Assembly (NCBI GenBank): GCA_964495695.1
Contig: CAZBWR010000010.1
Location: 4,000-67,999, forward strand
Reading direction: 5' to 3'
DNA from: an uncultured Chitinophagales bacterium
GTDB taxonomy: Bacteria; Bacteroidota; Ignavibacteria; UBA10030; UBA6906
DNA length: 64,000 nt
Shown here: positions 45,801 to 55,238 of the stretch, piece after piece
Layout of the letters: the number at the start of each line of letters is the position of its first letter
Position numbering within the stretch: the first letter of the stretch is position 1
Notes under the pieces: model-generated
Seen by the model: only the letters and a program-made list of their open reading frames with translations
What the model was told of the DNA's origin: nothing
The model's database searches: none
Position numbers and translations under genes: made by a program

Positions 45801-48458
45801 TCCCCCCTGGATACTCGCTCTACGGACTGAGTGCCATTGGCGTTTGAGAACACGGAAGGTGATGTTCTGACCGGAAACCATCTCGCCTCCCGGCAGTACA
45901 CTCACGATCCTGCAGGTCAACGGCGTTTTCGTTTTGATGAATGTGGATGACGGGGATACTCCTATGTAATACTCACCTTGATGAATTACGACGGACGCTC
46001 TTCCGGAAATCACCTGCCTGCTCGGTGAAGTGACATCGCCTTCGACAACCAGATTCCCTGTCGTCAGGACTGTTCCAACCTCAGTTTTGTACGACACCCC
46101 CAGCGAGCCATCTGCCGCAAGCGATGTGTCCGACGAGTGGAGGAGGCGTGACTGGGGTCCGGCAGTTTCTTCATAAGACCAGAAGCTTCTGCCGAACCAA
46201 TAGTCGTCCCAATTCGGGGGAGCAAAGTAGGTTGGGTCAACCCGCATACGCCACCTTACCGGCTGGTTTCTCAATGCCCCGCCGAACAAGTACATCGCCG
46301 AGATAGTGGCTTGTATTTCGTCACCCACAACCAGTGACTCTTTGTTGGGACGAACTTCGACTTCGAACTCGCTCACGCGGTACGCTTCGACCCGGAAAGA
46401 TGCCGCAGTCAACACTTTGTACGGATATTCTCCCTCCCTCAACTCACGTTGTGGCTTGCGAATGCTCGCTTCAACAGTGTAATATCCAAGACGGGCATCC
46501 TTCGGAATCTTGAAGGTCCCTGCCACTGACCCGAATTCGTTCACGCGCATTGAATCTCTGTATCCCTCGTCGCTTTGCGGGTCGTACACCCTCAGAAGAA
46601 TTTCTCCGGACGGGATTTGCCAATCCGCTTTTCGTCTGGAGCGGAATATACCCTTAAATTCCACTTCCTCTCCCGGCCGGTAAATTCCTCTTTCGGTAAA
46701 CACCATTCCTTGCCACGGATCCTGCTCCGGATTCCAATCGGTCATGACATTGAACCGGTAGGGCTCGATGCCTTCATTCCAGGTTGAAGCCGTGTACGCG
46801 ATATCATCACCGTGTGTGACAATCACCCAAAGCCGCGGTGAACTCCATTCTTCACGGGGAATATCGGGGAACTCGCGCCATCCAGGGGCCTCGACAATTC
46901 CATCACCGTTGGTAATTCCTTCCCAAATCACTCGATTGGAATCATCTCTAATCTGTACATTCGCCCCTGCAACCGGCTTCGTATCCTTCAAACGGGTCAC
47001 CCAGATGAGTATGCCGTCTGGAGAAAATTTCGAAGTCAAACCGAGCTCTGTTACCTGCACATCTGCCCTGAGGAAGCCATCGTAATGGGAGTCGAACGCG
47101 TCGGATGGCCGGGAGACTTGAAGTAAAAGAGCCCCTTTCTTTCCCGCTCCAAGAGCCTCATCCAATGGCAGTGCGGCCGTTGTTTGCAGATCACGCTTTG
47201 CCCTTGGATTCCACGCTTTATCAATCTGAAAACGGCCCATCAATTCAAGATGTCGAGCGTAGATAGTGTCACTCCTTAAGATCGGAACGATACTCTCAGG
47301 TCCCAGTCGCATCATTTGGACGCGAACAGCTTCCATGTTCATGACCGTGACCGGATAGGCTCGTACGCCGTAGGCCTCCACGATGCCGTGGCCGGTTGTC
47401 ATCGACACTGCCGGATCATATGAAACAGTATTGATAGCGAAGTGTACATCTTTCCCAAGTCGCTGACCGTATATATCTTGCAGACCCTTGCTTATGGTGA
47501 TCGTGTATTTTGTCTGCGCCGAAAACCGGAAATGAAGTGTAGGCTCCGGGCTACTCCAAGCCCATTGGTCCATGCTGCCTGCAGCCTCAACGGATGGCTC
47601 GAATTTGAGATGCTTTGCCAGCTCTTGTACAGCTACAGGAGTGTTAAATCGAAACGTCAGTGGGAGGTTAGGTTTCCGGTCGGTTGGCTGAGTGACTTCA
47701 ATGAATGCAAACTTGCCGTAGGTTCGGAAGGAGAATGATGATTCTGTTTCAGTCCCAAGCGTCCCCTCCGCCGCCGGCAGCCCCTTCTTGACGACGACGA
47801 CATAATTCTGGTCTTTTTTTAGCTCGATATCCGGTTTCAGCATCAAGAAGAATGTGGAATCACTTCCGTAGAACCTCGCACTTCGGAGGTCTTCCATCCG
47901 TGGAGATGACACAACGACTTTCACAATCGGACCCGACCGTGTTCCTTCAGTTATCGCAATGAACCCTCGCGCTTTCGAAGCATGAACCGGAAGTGAGAAT
48001 TGGAGGAAGATGGGAGTCTTTACATCAACCGCAACGGATCCATGGCCCGGCATGGTCTTGACGAGCTTGGGACGTGGCGTGCTGAAGGTCCATTGCACAT
48101 CCCTAGGGAGAGAAGATCCGTCAAGCGCTTTTGTTCCGGCCTTAATCGTGACGGAGTATTGCGTCGCTATTTTGAACGGCGCCGAGGGAGTGAATGACAC
48201 GGTGCTCGATCCTAGCCATCGATATTTTCCCCGTAGAGGCGGCGTAAGCGTGAGCGGACCAGTCCCCTCTCCTTCAGGAAGTTTCTGCAGGGGTACCATC
48301 GGTTTGTTGAAGGTGGCAAGTATCGAAGTAACTTGTTCAGTCCCTTCTGTTTGCCCCTTTGGCCATGAGGTAATAATCTGGAGATCATTGGGAGGTTGTC
48401 CGACAGCAACGGTAGAGAAAAGGGTGACGATCACGGAGATACGGAAGAAGTAGCGCAT
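42825..48458 (-). CDS. Bacterial alpha-2-macroglobulin family protein (YfhM/ECAM-like) with intact thioester motif
   Basis: 1877 aa with a signal peptide. The thioester motif 'GCIEQ' is at aa 1386-1390 (CIEQ at nt 44289-44300), and MG-domain-like repeats run throughout. AAGGAG SD. Confidence 0.85.
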   Translation of the reverse strand: MRYFFRISVIVTLFSTVAVGQPPNDLQIITSWPKGQTEGTEQVTSILATFNKPMVPLQKLPEGEGTGPLTLTPPLRGKYRWLGSSTVSFTPSAPFKIATQYSVTIKAGTKALDGSSLPRDVQWTFSTPRPKLVKTMPGHGSVAVDVKTPIFLQFSLPVHASKARGFIAITEGTRSGPIVKVVVSSPRMEDLRSARFYGSDSTFFLMLKPDIELKKDQNYVVVVKKGLPAAEGTLGTETESSFSFRTYGKFAFIEVTQPTDRKPNLPLTFRFNTPVAVQELAKHLKFEPSVEAAGSMDQWAWSSPEPTLHFRFSAQTKYTITISKGLQDIYGQRLGKDVHFAINTVSYDPAVSMTTGHGIVEAYGVRAYPVTVMNMEAVRVQMMRLGPESIVPILRSDTIYARHLELMGRFQIDKAWNPRAKRDLQTTAALPLDEALGAGKKGALLLQVSRPSDAFDSHYDGFLRADVQVTELGLTSKFSPDGILIWVTRLKDTKPVAGANVQIRDDSNRVIWEGITNGDGIVEAPGWREFPDIPREEWSSPRLWVIVTHGDDIAYTASTWNEGIEPYRFNVMTDWNPEQDPWQGMVFTERGIYRPGEEVEFKGIFRSRRKADWQIPSGEILLRVYDPQSDEGYRDSMRVNEFGSVAGTFKIPKDARLGYYTVEASIRKPQRELREGEYPYKVLTAASFRVEAYRVSEFEVEVRPNKESLVVGDEIQATISAMYLFGGALRNQPVRWRMRVDPTYFAPPNWDDYWFGRSFWSYEETAGPQSRLLHSSDTSLAADGSLGVSYKTEVGTVLTTGNLVVEGDVTSPSRQVISGRASVVIHQGEYYIGVSPSSTFIKTKTPLTCRIVSVLPGGEMVSGQNITFRVLKRQWHSVRRASIQGGFEWESQPVDSVLFKREVTTGSSPVAVSYTPDASGFYLVQAEGKDSRGNVIRTDAYFYASGDDYVAWERTNDDRIELVADKQTYKPGQTARIIVKNPYEEATALVSVEREGILRHWRATLKGSAPEISIPLDGKSLPNVFVSVVLLQGRMTTRPELDQTTDVGRPSFKIGYVNLQVDPGTRRLSLKTNPDKENYRPGDSVTVTLNVRDAAGAPARAEVAISVADKGTLNLIGYRLPDPFDAFYGQRPLSVVTTESRSQIVQARSFGEKGEDEGGGGGADLAGIETRGNFKSTAYWSAFLRTDSAGVVVVRFKLPDNLTTFMIMAVAQTKAAEFGYGENSFTVSKPLLLQASVPRFARLGDSFEAGVVVHNYTKQKGKVAIRTSVDGLLMKGRETVELDLDAGESKEVLTPFAVNRTGRGTFSFQARMGDHTDGVTVTIPLEIPRRKETVAEYRAVTAKADLQVIVPQNIHEGLGALDVTASSTALSGLESGVEYLFTYPYGCIEQKSSSVLPLIVGREMVEVFGLQALKGRNLNQVVVSTLNELRRYQVYNGGFAYWPGDYRDSPYSSAYAMYVLATAKNNGYDVDSRILSKGADFIREVLRWEGGSPVYPYTEHTWAATKTLILYTLAALGTPEPAYYEGLFKNLNSLPLFARANLLRAIAISTKNRQMLKGISQNLLNAVKVNPTTAHFEEPKVQGLEWCWSSNVRTTGIILHALIEADAFPKESDLPAKILRWLMTQQRGGRWSNTQENVHVVQALAAYYRKYERETPQFKAEIKLAAEKLLEKSYEGRSLQIDRSMRSLDKLSRGVSLPLTVMKDGTGTLYAGFRMGYFPKEPAKAAEEGMAITKSVELLNSQQGTEKQTFTAGSLIKITIRVMSPQGRNFVVVEDPLPAGFEAVNTSLITESSELGRILSSMDGRQEFRWWGSFNHKEFRDDKVMLFADQLDAGVHTFTYLARARTPGKFTLPASHVEMMYEPEVFGRTSDGKIEVR

Positions 48459-48529
48459 CGGGACTCCTTGGGTTTGAGTACGGACCGGGTTTCCCCGGAA
48501 TCATCTTAAGCAAAAAACAGGACTTTGTC

Positions 48530-49426
48530 TCAAGACTTCATTGGATGAGCAACAGCGGGTTTATTAAGACCGGGAATCGTGATTGATAGTTCGGAGATCA
48601 GCACACCTGTAATGATTAGCACAGCACCTCCAACTTCCAACCAACCGAGTCGTTCGGCGAGAGCAATAGCCGCAAATGCCGATGCCCATACCGGCTCAAT
48701 CGTGAAGATAATTGCTGCTCGCGTTGGGGTCGTATCTTTTTGATATCGGGTCTGGACGTACGTTGTAATCACGGTAGCAAACACGGTCAGGTAAATCATA
48801 CTCGAGATCATCGAAAAGGTTGGAGTGAACCTCATCTCCTCGGCCGCAAGCGCACTGAGAATGCCAAATACCCCCGCGACTACGGTTTGCACGAATGCTA
48901 GTTTTCCCACCGAAACCATCTTCGACGCTATGTCGAGATACACGATGTAGTACGCGAACAGGATGGCGCAAATCAGCGTGAGACCGTCACCGATGTTGAA
49001 TCCTCCTCCCGACGGTGAAGTCATAAGCCAAAGTCCGGCGAGAACCACAATGATTCCGAGGATATTCCCCCATGTCGGCGAACGTTTCTCGACAAGGAAC
49101 TGAATGATAGGAACGAATACGACCATCAGACTTGTGATGAACGCCGACTTGGAAGCCGTGGTAATAGTCAGTCCGATGTTCTGTGAAATGAAGCCCAGAT
49201 AGAGGAAGAAGCCAAGAACAAATGCCCGGACGAATTCCTCGCGTGTGATTGGAAAGAGCTGCCGGTTGAAGAGAGCCAGGAATGCAGCCGCGGCCAACAA
49301 GAACCGCACTCCCGTCATTAACACCGGGGAAATGTCTTCCAGTCCGATTTTGACGAAGACAAACGTGCTTCCCCAGATGAGTGTTGTGGCAAGAAGGGCC
49401 GATTCAGCCCGGGTTTGAGTGGTCAT
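48530..49426 (-). CDS. DMT-superfamily transporter (two EamA domains)
   Basis: 298 aa with about 10 TM helices and duplicated EamA-like halves. Confidence 0.75.
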   Translation of the reverse strand: MTTQTRAESALLATTLIWGSTFVFVKIGLEDISPVLMTGVRFLLAAAAFLALFNRQLFPITREEFVRAFVLGFFLYLGFISQNIGLTITTASKSAFITSLMVVFVPIIQFLVEKRSPTWGNILGIIVVLAGLWLMTSPSGGGFNIGDGLTLICAILFAYYIVYLDIASKMVSVGKLAFVQTVVAGVFGILSALAAEEMRFTPTFSMISSMIYLTVFATVITTYVQTRYQKDTTPTRAAIIFTIEPVWASAFAAIALAERLGWLEVGGAVLIITGVLISELSITIPGLNKPAVAHPMKS

Positions 49427-49494
49427 AGGTTATGCATGAAGGCCGGAAGACATCAGCACTCATCCGGCGTTTCTCATGATGCAATAGCAGGATC

Positions 49495-50607
49495 TCAGGC
49501 GGGCTGCTTTTGCCACACTTCGCGAGTCTCGTATTGAGTGAATAGCTTCCCCCAATGCGTCGACTTCTTCCAATGTTCAAAGACTCTCCTGTCCTTCACC
49601 GGCCACCTGTAGTAGTCGTGATACGCCTCCGACCCGAAGATGAACAGATGCACCATCGGAGTGCGGAAGAAGAGCTTCTGCATCCCTTTCAGCGGCCCGA
49701 ACCACGCAAGGTTTCCGAACAAACTCACCCCGTTGTTTCCAACAGTAAAGCCCCACGACTCATTGGAAATATCGGCCCCGACAATTTCGATGTCACGAAC
49801 ATCGCCAACCCCCAGTTTGTCTTCGTGAGCAACCCGGATATACTCGATACTCAATGGATCAAAGCCCATCATCTTTGCCGCAACTGCATCGATGGCAACC
49901 TGATCCGCACTCGCCAGTATGTAATCCTTGATGACGGGATACATCGTGCGGGGGCCGGGGCCGTTCCCCGCTGTGGTTCCGTCCATCATCGCAAATACGC
50001 CTGCATGTATCTCTTTCTGGATAGCCAGCAAATCCACAAGCGTACGATGAATCCACGAGTGTGTGTAATGACGCTTCGTGTTCAACAAGCCGCCGAAGGC
50101 GTTCTTCATTGCCCCCGTTGTCGTCGTGTAGATATGGCATTTCACTGTAGGAAGATGAACGATGTTCTTCCCGAAGAAATAATCCGGAATCGTGATCCCT
50201 TCGGGATAAATCATGTTAAGAACATGCATCCGTGCTTTCGGCTCGTATGTATTCCACTTCATATCCTCTTCCTTGAAGTTGAAGAGAACGGGGATATCAT
50301 ACTTCTTGAAGATTGGAACATAGTTGTTCAGATCCTCTCCCTTGAAGGCGTCAGTCACGACGGTCTTGTTTTGCACACAGGAGATATCAGCAAGCCCAGC
50401 CTTTTGCAGAGCGAGAACCGTCCCCTCCATCTGCCACGGTGTCGTATTGGCACCGGGAAACGGGAAATGCCATGAGATGTTATCCTTAAGGATAGTGGTA
50501 GCCCCGGGAGCAAGCACCTCTTTTATTCCGGCAAGATCAGCGAGCCGCTGATAGTCGTCAAGCACAGTAGAAGGAGAAGTTTTGATGACGGCAACTTTCG
50601 ATTTCAT
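49495..50607 (-). CDS. DUF362 domain-containing protein
   Basis: 370 aa. The 'KVAVIKTSPSTVLDDY' N-terminus and overall pattern resemble DUF362 as I recall it. Function unknown. Confidence 0.45.
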   Translation of the reverse strand: MKSKVAVIKTSPSTVLDDYQRLADLAGIKEVLAPGATTILKDNISWHFPFPGANTTPWQMEGTVLALQKAGLADISCVQNKTVVTDAFKGEDLNNYVPIFKKYDIPVLFNFKEEDMKWNTYEPKARMHVLNMIYPEGITIPDYFFGKNIVHLPTVKCHIYTTTTGAMKNAFGGLLNTKRHYTHSWIHRTLVDLLAIQKEIHAGVFAMMDGTTAGNGPGPRTMYPVIKDYILASADQVAIDAVAAKMMGFDPLSIEYIRVAHEDKLGVGDVRDIEIVGADISNESWGFTVGNNGVSLFGNLAWFGPLKGMQKLFFRTPMVHLFIFGSEAYHDYYRWPVKDRRVFEHWKKSTHWGKLFTQYETREVWQKQPA

Positions 50608-50656
50608 AGAGCCTATTCTCGTCCCAACAATTGCATTTTCAGATCAGTGGTAATTA

Positions 50657-52399
50657 CTAAAACACAGCGGTTTCTTCGTATACGCCAAACACCTCTGTGA
50701 GGCTCTGGCACATTTCGCCGAGTGTTACATAGGCGTGCGTGCAGTTGAGAAGCCTCGGCATGAGATTCGTCCCGTCGGATGCAGATTGCTTCAACTCTTC
50801 GAGTGTGCGCTGGACTTCGTCATTGTTACGGGACTGTCGAAGATCCGCCAACCGTTTGCGCTGCTTGATTTCGACTTCGGGTGAAATTGCCAGAATTGGA
50901 ATCTCGATCTTCTCATCTTCTTCAACAAAGTCGTTCACTCCAACAATAAGCTTCTGCTTCGTATCCAGTTCCAGCTGGTAACGATAAGCCGCTTCGGCTA
51001 TCTCACGCTGGAAGAAGCCTGCTTCGATTGCGGGAATCACTCCACCGAGCGCATCGATCTTCTCGAAATATGCTTCGGCTTCCTTTTCCATCCTGTCTGT
51101 CAGAGCCTCGACGAAGTAGCTTCCGCCCAACGGGTCGATCGTATTGGCAACGCCGGTTTCATGGGCAATGATCTGCTGTGTGCGCAACGCGATCTTGACC
51201 GCTTTTTCGGACGGTAAAGCGAGCGTTTCATCCATCGAGTTGGTGTGAAGCGATTGCGTCCCTCCCAACACGCCGGCAAGAGCTTGGAATGCAGTCCGTA
51301 CGATATTGTTCTCCGGTTGCTGGGCTGTGAGTGTGCAGCCCGCTGTTTGCGTATGGAACCGGAGGGTCCACGACTTCGGGTTCTTCGCTCCATAACGGTC
51401 ACGCATCCGCTTTGCATAAATGCGGCGGGCCGCCCGGAACTTGCAGATCTCCTCGAAGAAATCGAGATGTGAATTAAAAAAGAAGGAAAGACGCGGGGCA
51501 AAACTATCGACGTCCATACCACGCTTAATGCATTCTTCGACGTAGGCGAAGCCGTCTGCCAGCGTGAACGCCAACTCCTGCACGGAAGTCGAGCCCGCTT
51601 CCCGGATATGATAACCGCTCACAGAAACGGGATTCCACAAGGGCATCTCGTTTGAACAGAATTCGATCATGTCCACCACGATCCGCATCGACGGATGAGG
51701 CGGATAAATCCACTCTTTTTGCGCTATGTATTCCTTCAGAATGTCAGTCTGAATCGTGCCGCGCAGATCTTTCCGTTTTGCACCCTCTTTCTCGGCAACA
51801 GCAATGTAAAAAGCAAGCATCATCGCCGCAGGCGCGTTGATCGTCATGGACGTGGAAATGTCTTTCAACGTGATTCCGTCAAAGAGTATTTCCATATCGG
51901 CGAGCGAACTGACAGACACACCGCATATCCCTACCTCTCCTTCACTCACCGGGTCATCGGCATCTCTTCCCATTAATGCAGGAAGATCGAAGGCAACAGA
52001 AAGGCCTGTTTGTCCGTGTTCCAGCAAATAGTGATAACGGGCATTTGTATCCTCCGGCGCACCGAAACCTGCAAACTGCCGCATCGTCCATAGCTTGCCG
52101 CGATACATATTGTGGTGGATTCCGCGTGTGTACGGGAACTCTCCCGGAAATCCTATGTCTGAAAGATAATTGATGTGGGCTACATCATCGGGAGTGTATA
52201 GTAAATCTATTGGTTCACCACTTACAGTCGTGAACGACGCGTGCCGCTGCAACGATGGAGCTGCAGCACGGGCTCGCCACTTCTCTTTCTCGCGCCGAAT
52301 CTCATCAAATCCATTGTTCTTCATGCGCACCCCTTGCATTCTAATGAACAGTTTTTCTTCATTTTCATTAAAGAAACGAATAATCGGGCTGAAACTCAA
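50657..52399 (-). CDS. Acyl-CoA mutase large (substrate-binding TIM-barrel) subunit, isobutyryl-CoA mutase-like signature; no B12-binding domain
   Basis: Colinear with the methylmalonyl-CoA mutase catalytic domain ('LSVAFDLP', 'SGYHIREAG', 'TQSLHTNS'). It ends before any B12-binding domain. Start is uncertain (ATG 52399, 52339 or 52324). Confidence 0.8.
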   Translation of the reverse strand: MSFSPIIRFFNENEEKLFIRMQGVRMKNNGFDEIRREKEKWRARAAAPSLQRHASFTTVSGEPIDLLYTPDDVAHINYLSDIGFPGEFPYTRGIHHNMYRGKLWTMRQFAGFGAPEDTNARYHYLLEHGQTGLSVAFDLPALMGRDADDPVSEGEVGICGVSVSSLADMEILFDGITLKDISTSMTINAPAAMMLAFYIAVAEKEGAKRKDLRGTIQTDILKEYIAQKEWIYPPHPSMRIVVDMIEFCSNEMPLWNPVSVSGYHIREAGSTSVQELAFTLADGFAYVEECIKRGMDVDSFAPRLSFFFNSHLDFFEEICKFRAARRIYAKRMRDRYGAKNPKSWTLRFHTQTAGCTLTAQQPENNIVRTAFQALAGVLGGTQSLHTNSMDETLALPSEKAVKIALRTQQIIAHETGVANTIDPLGGSYFVEALTDRMEKEAEAYFEKIDALGGVIPAIEAGFFQREIAEAAYRYQLELDTKQKLIVGVNDFVEEDEKIEIPILAISPEVEIKQRKRLADLRQSRNNDEVQRTLEELKQSASDGTNLMPRLLNCTHAYVTLGEMCQSLTEVFGVYEETAVF

Positions 52400-52447
52400 C
52401 CAGGCTCAGGCAGGCGATTTTTGTTGTATTGCAACGAGCGAGCGTAT

Positions 52448-54358
52448 TCAAAGCCGCCCAAAGCGACGATCCAGTTCATCCGTTGCAATTTTTAGAACTA
52501 CGGGGCGACCATGCGGACATACGTAAGGCATGCTAGTGGCAAACAATTGATCGAGGAGCGACTGCATCTCCGCCGGAGTTAATGCATCACCCGCTTTGAT
52601 TGCTGCCTTGCAGGAATATGACTTTGCAACAGTATCACGAGCATCGAGTTTTCCATGCTGCGAGTACTCTTTGTACTGGTCCAGCAACTCCTGTACAATT
52701 GTAGATTCATTCACGTGCTTGATATCAGCTGGAACGCCTTCTATCACGATGGTATTTTTTCCAAAAGGTTTAATGCTGAAGCCCAGCTTGTCCAGATGAG
52801 GGAGTAACTCGACACAAAGAGCATAGTCTCCCGGCGTCATTTCCACGGTCAACGGAAAGAGGAGCTGCTGCGCTGGCGGTGATTCCTTCTCGAATCTACC
52901 CAGAGCCCACTCGTAGAGAATTCGTTCGTGGGCGACATGCTGATCGATAATCATAATGCCATTTTCAATCGGTGTCAGTATGTACTTGTTATGCAATTGC
53001 CAAACGAGGGGCGATTGTCGTGATACGGTGGGAGTCTCTCCTGCTCTCCCGAGGGATTCTTGCTCAGGCAACTTTCCCTCGTCCGAAAACAACTGGCGGG
53101 ACGCCTCAATTCCGTCCGTTGTCCGAGCTATTGGCTGAAAACTGAAATCCGAGAACTCCTTATGGGGCAGAATCTCCCCTGTTGCAGGATCAACTCGTTC
53201 CGTCGAAGGCCACATGTGCTGCCTGTCCGTGAATGAGAGTCCTATCGTTCGCTGATCGTCTGTTCCAGCCGACATTGCGGGGATCAGGTTGTTTGTCGAA
53301 AGAGTTCTTCGGACAAGGGTAGAGATGAAGCGGTAGATGTTTTGTTCGTCCTCGAACTTGGCTTCCAGCTTAGACGGGTGGACATTTACATCAACACGAT
53401 GAGGATCGATATCCAGGAAGAGAAGAAAAAACGGAAACGTTCCCTTTTCCAACAAGTTCTCGTAGGCGCTGAACACGGCGTGCGCAATGTTCCGGTTCAC
53501 GATATGCCGCTTATTGAGAAAAAGATGCTGGTTTGCCCGCGTTCTCTGCCCGAACGAGGGCTTGCCCACATACCCGTAAACAGAGATATAATCATTCCGC
53601 TCTTCCATCCAGACAAGTCCGCTGTAGTAGCGTTCTCCGTAAACATCCTTCAACCGCTCCTCAAGTGAGGCGGCTCTCAGGTCAAGAAGGGTCTCATCAT
53701 CACTAATGAACTTTATCGCTACTTCCGGGTGGCTCAAAGCAACACGTTGCACTGACTCTGAGATGTGGCGGAATTCGGTAGGTGTAGATTTCAAAAACTT
53801 TCGCCGGGCGGGGACATTGAAGAAAAGGTTTTGTACGCTGATAAGAGTTCCGGGCTCACGTCCTTCTCGCGCTACGCGCATGCCTGCGTTGCCGTCCATG
53901 TGCACAACAACGGCTGCATCATCCTCTGCTCGTCGCGTCTTCATTGTCACATGTGCCACCGAGGCAATCGAAGCAAGCGCCTCTCCTCTGAAACCGTATG
54001 TGCGGATCGCCTCAAGGTCCTCCACCGTCGAGATCTTGCTGGTTGCGTGACGAAGGAATGCATTGCGTGCATCCTCTTCATCCATTCCCATCCCGTTGTC
54101 GGCGACCTGAATCAGCTTCTTTCCTCCCTCCTTTACCACGACCAGGATCTCTGTGGCGCCGGCATCAAGAGAATTTTCCAGCAGTTCTTTCACGACCGAC
54201 TCCGGCCGCTGGATAACTTCCCCAGCTGCGATCTGGTTTGCGAGATGGTCGGGGAGAACTTTTACACGTCGTTTCGAATGTTCGATGGATATCCTCTCAT
54301 CACTTCGTAAAAAGCGCCTCGACAAACGCCTGGCGATCGAATGGCTGAAGATCATCAA
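52448..54358 (-). CDS. mutL: DNA mismatch repair protein MutL; start uncertain
   Basis: 'LANQIAAGEVIQRPESVVKELLENSLDAG' and 'GFRGEAL'. The only canonical starts (TTG 54358, ATG 54355, TTG 54325) lie inside ftsY; ATC 54286 with an SD sits at the expected position. Confidence 0.85.
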   Translation of the reverse strand: MMIFSHSIARRLSRRFLRSDERISIEHSKRRVKVLPDHLANQIAAGEVIQRPESVVKELLENSLDAGATEILVVVKEGGKKLIQVADNGMGMDEEDARNAFLRHATSKISTVEDLEAIRTYGFRGEALASIASVAHVTMKTRRAEDDAAVVVHMDGNAGMRVAREGREPGTLISVQNLFFNVPARRKFLKSTPTEFRHISESVQRVALSHPEVAIKFISDDETLLDLRAASLEERLKDVYGERYYSGLVWMEERNDYISVYGYVGKPSFGQRTRANQHLFLNKRHIVNRNIAHAVFSAYENLLEKGTFPFFLLFLDIDPHRVDVNVHPSKLEAKFEDEQNIYRFISTLVRRTLSTNNLIPAMSAGTDDQRTIGLSFTDRQHMWPSTERVDPATGEILPHKEFSDFSFQPIARTTDGIEASRQLFSDEGKLPEQESLGRAGETPTVSRQSPLVWQLHNKYILTPIENGIMIIDQHVAHERILYEWALGRFEKESPPAQQLLFPLTVEMTPGDYALCVELLPHLDKLGFSIKPFGKNTIVIEGVPADIKHVNESTIVQELLDQYKEYSQHGKLDARDTVAKSYSCKAAIKAGDALTPAEMQSLLDQLFATSMPYVCPHGRPVVLKIATDELDRRFGRL

Positions 54359-55238
54359 GCTGCTCGCCGACGCCGATAAATCGAATCGGGAGATTCATTT
54401 CACGGCTAATGGCCAATACTATACCACCCTTAGCCGTACCGTCAAGCTTTGTCAGAACCAATCCGGTAACTCCAACCGCCAAGCCGAATTGTTTCGCTTG
54501 CTGCAACCCGTTTTGCCCTGTTGAAGCGTCAATAACCAGCAGCACTTCGTGCGGGAAAGATTCATTTTGCTTGGCAATCACCCGACGGATTTTCTTCAGT
54601 TCTTCCATCAGGTTGGTCTTCGTATGCAACCGGCCTGCCGTATCAATAATGACGACATCCGCATCTCGGGAGAGAGCCGACTTGACGGCATCAAATGCGA
54701 CCGCCGCAGGATCTGCGCCGTGACGCTGTTGAATGATCTCAGCATTCGCCCGCTTCGCCCAAATCTCGAGCTGCTCATTTGCCGCTGCGCGGAATGTATC
54801 GGCTGAGCCAATAATGACCTTCTTTCCCTGTTTCGTATAGATATTGGCAAGTTTGCCGATAGTCGTTGTTTTTCCGACGCCGTTGATACCAACAACCATT
54901 ATGATGTACGGCTTCGACGAAGGAAGAGTAAAGGCGTCTGCCGTCACCGGGCCCGATGAAAACTGCCGCTGTATCTCGTCGTGCAGAAGCGTGGTCAGCT
55001 CTGCGGCGTCTGTATACCGCTCCTCTTTCACTCTTTTACGAATTGATTCAATGATACTCACCGACGTATCAAGACCAACATCAGCCCCGATCAATATCTC
55101 TTCGAGCTCATCAAGCGTAGCGTCGTCGATCTTCGACTTAGCAGTGACAAGCCGCGTCACTTTGCCGACCAGACCTTCGCGAGTTTTGGAGAGGCCGTCC
55201 TTGAGACGTGTAAGACCTATTTTGTCAAGAAAACCCAT
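54300..55238 (-). CDS. ftsY: Signal recognition particle receptor FtsY
   Basis: SRP GTPase motifs 'GINGVGKTTTIGKLA', 'DTAGR' and 'TKLDGTAKGG'. Confidence 0.95.
   Translation of the reverse strand: MGFLDKIGLTRLKDGLSKTREGLVGKVTRLVTAKSKIDDATLDELEEILIGADVGLDTSVSIIESIRKRVKEERYTDAAELTTLLHDEIQRQFSSGPVTADAFTLPSSKPYIIMVVGINGVGKTTTIGKLANIYTKQGKKVIIGSADTFRAAANEQLEIWAKRANAEIIQQRHGADPAAVAFDAVKSALSRDADVVIIDTAGRLHTKTNLMEELKKIRRVIAKQNESFPHEVLLVIDASTGQNGLQQAKQFGLAVGVTGLVLTKLDGTAKGGIVLAISREMNLPIRFIGVGEQLDDLQPFDRQAFVEALFTK

Noticed and set aside
48485-48498. CCGGG-GAAA-CCCGG hairpin (minus strand) between the EamA gene and the A2M gene, considered as a terminator.
   Set aside because: The stem is only 5 bp and no downstream U-tract follows on the minus strand. 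This is too weak to call.
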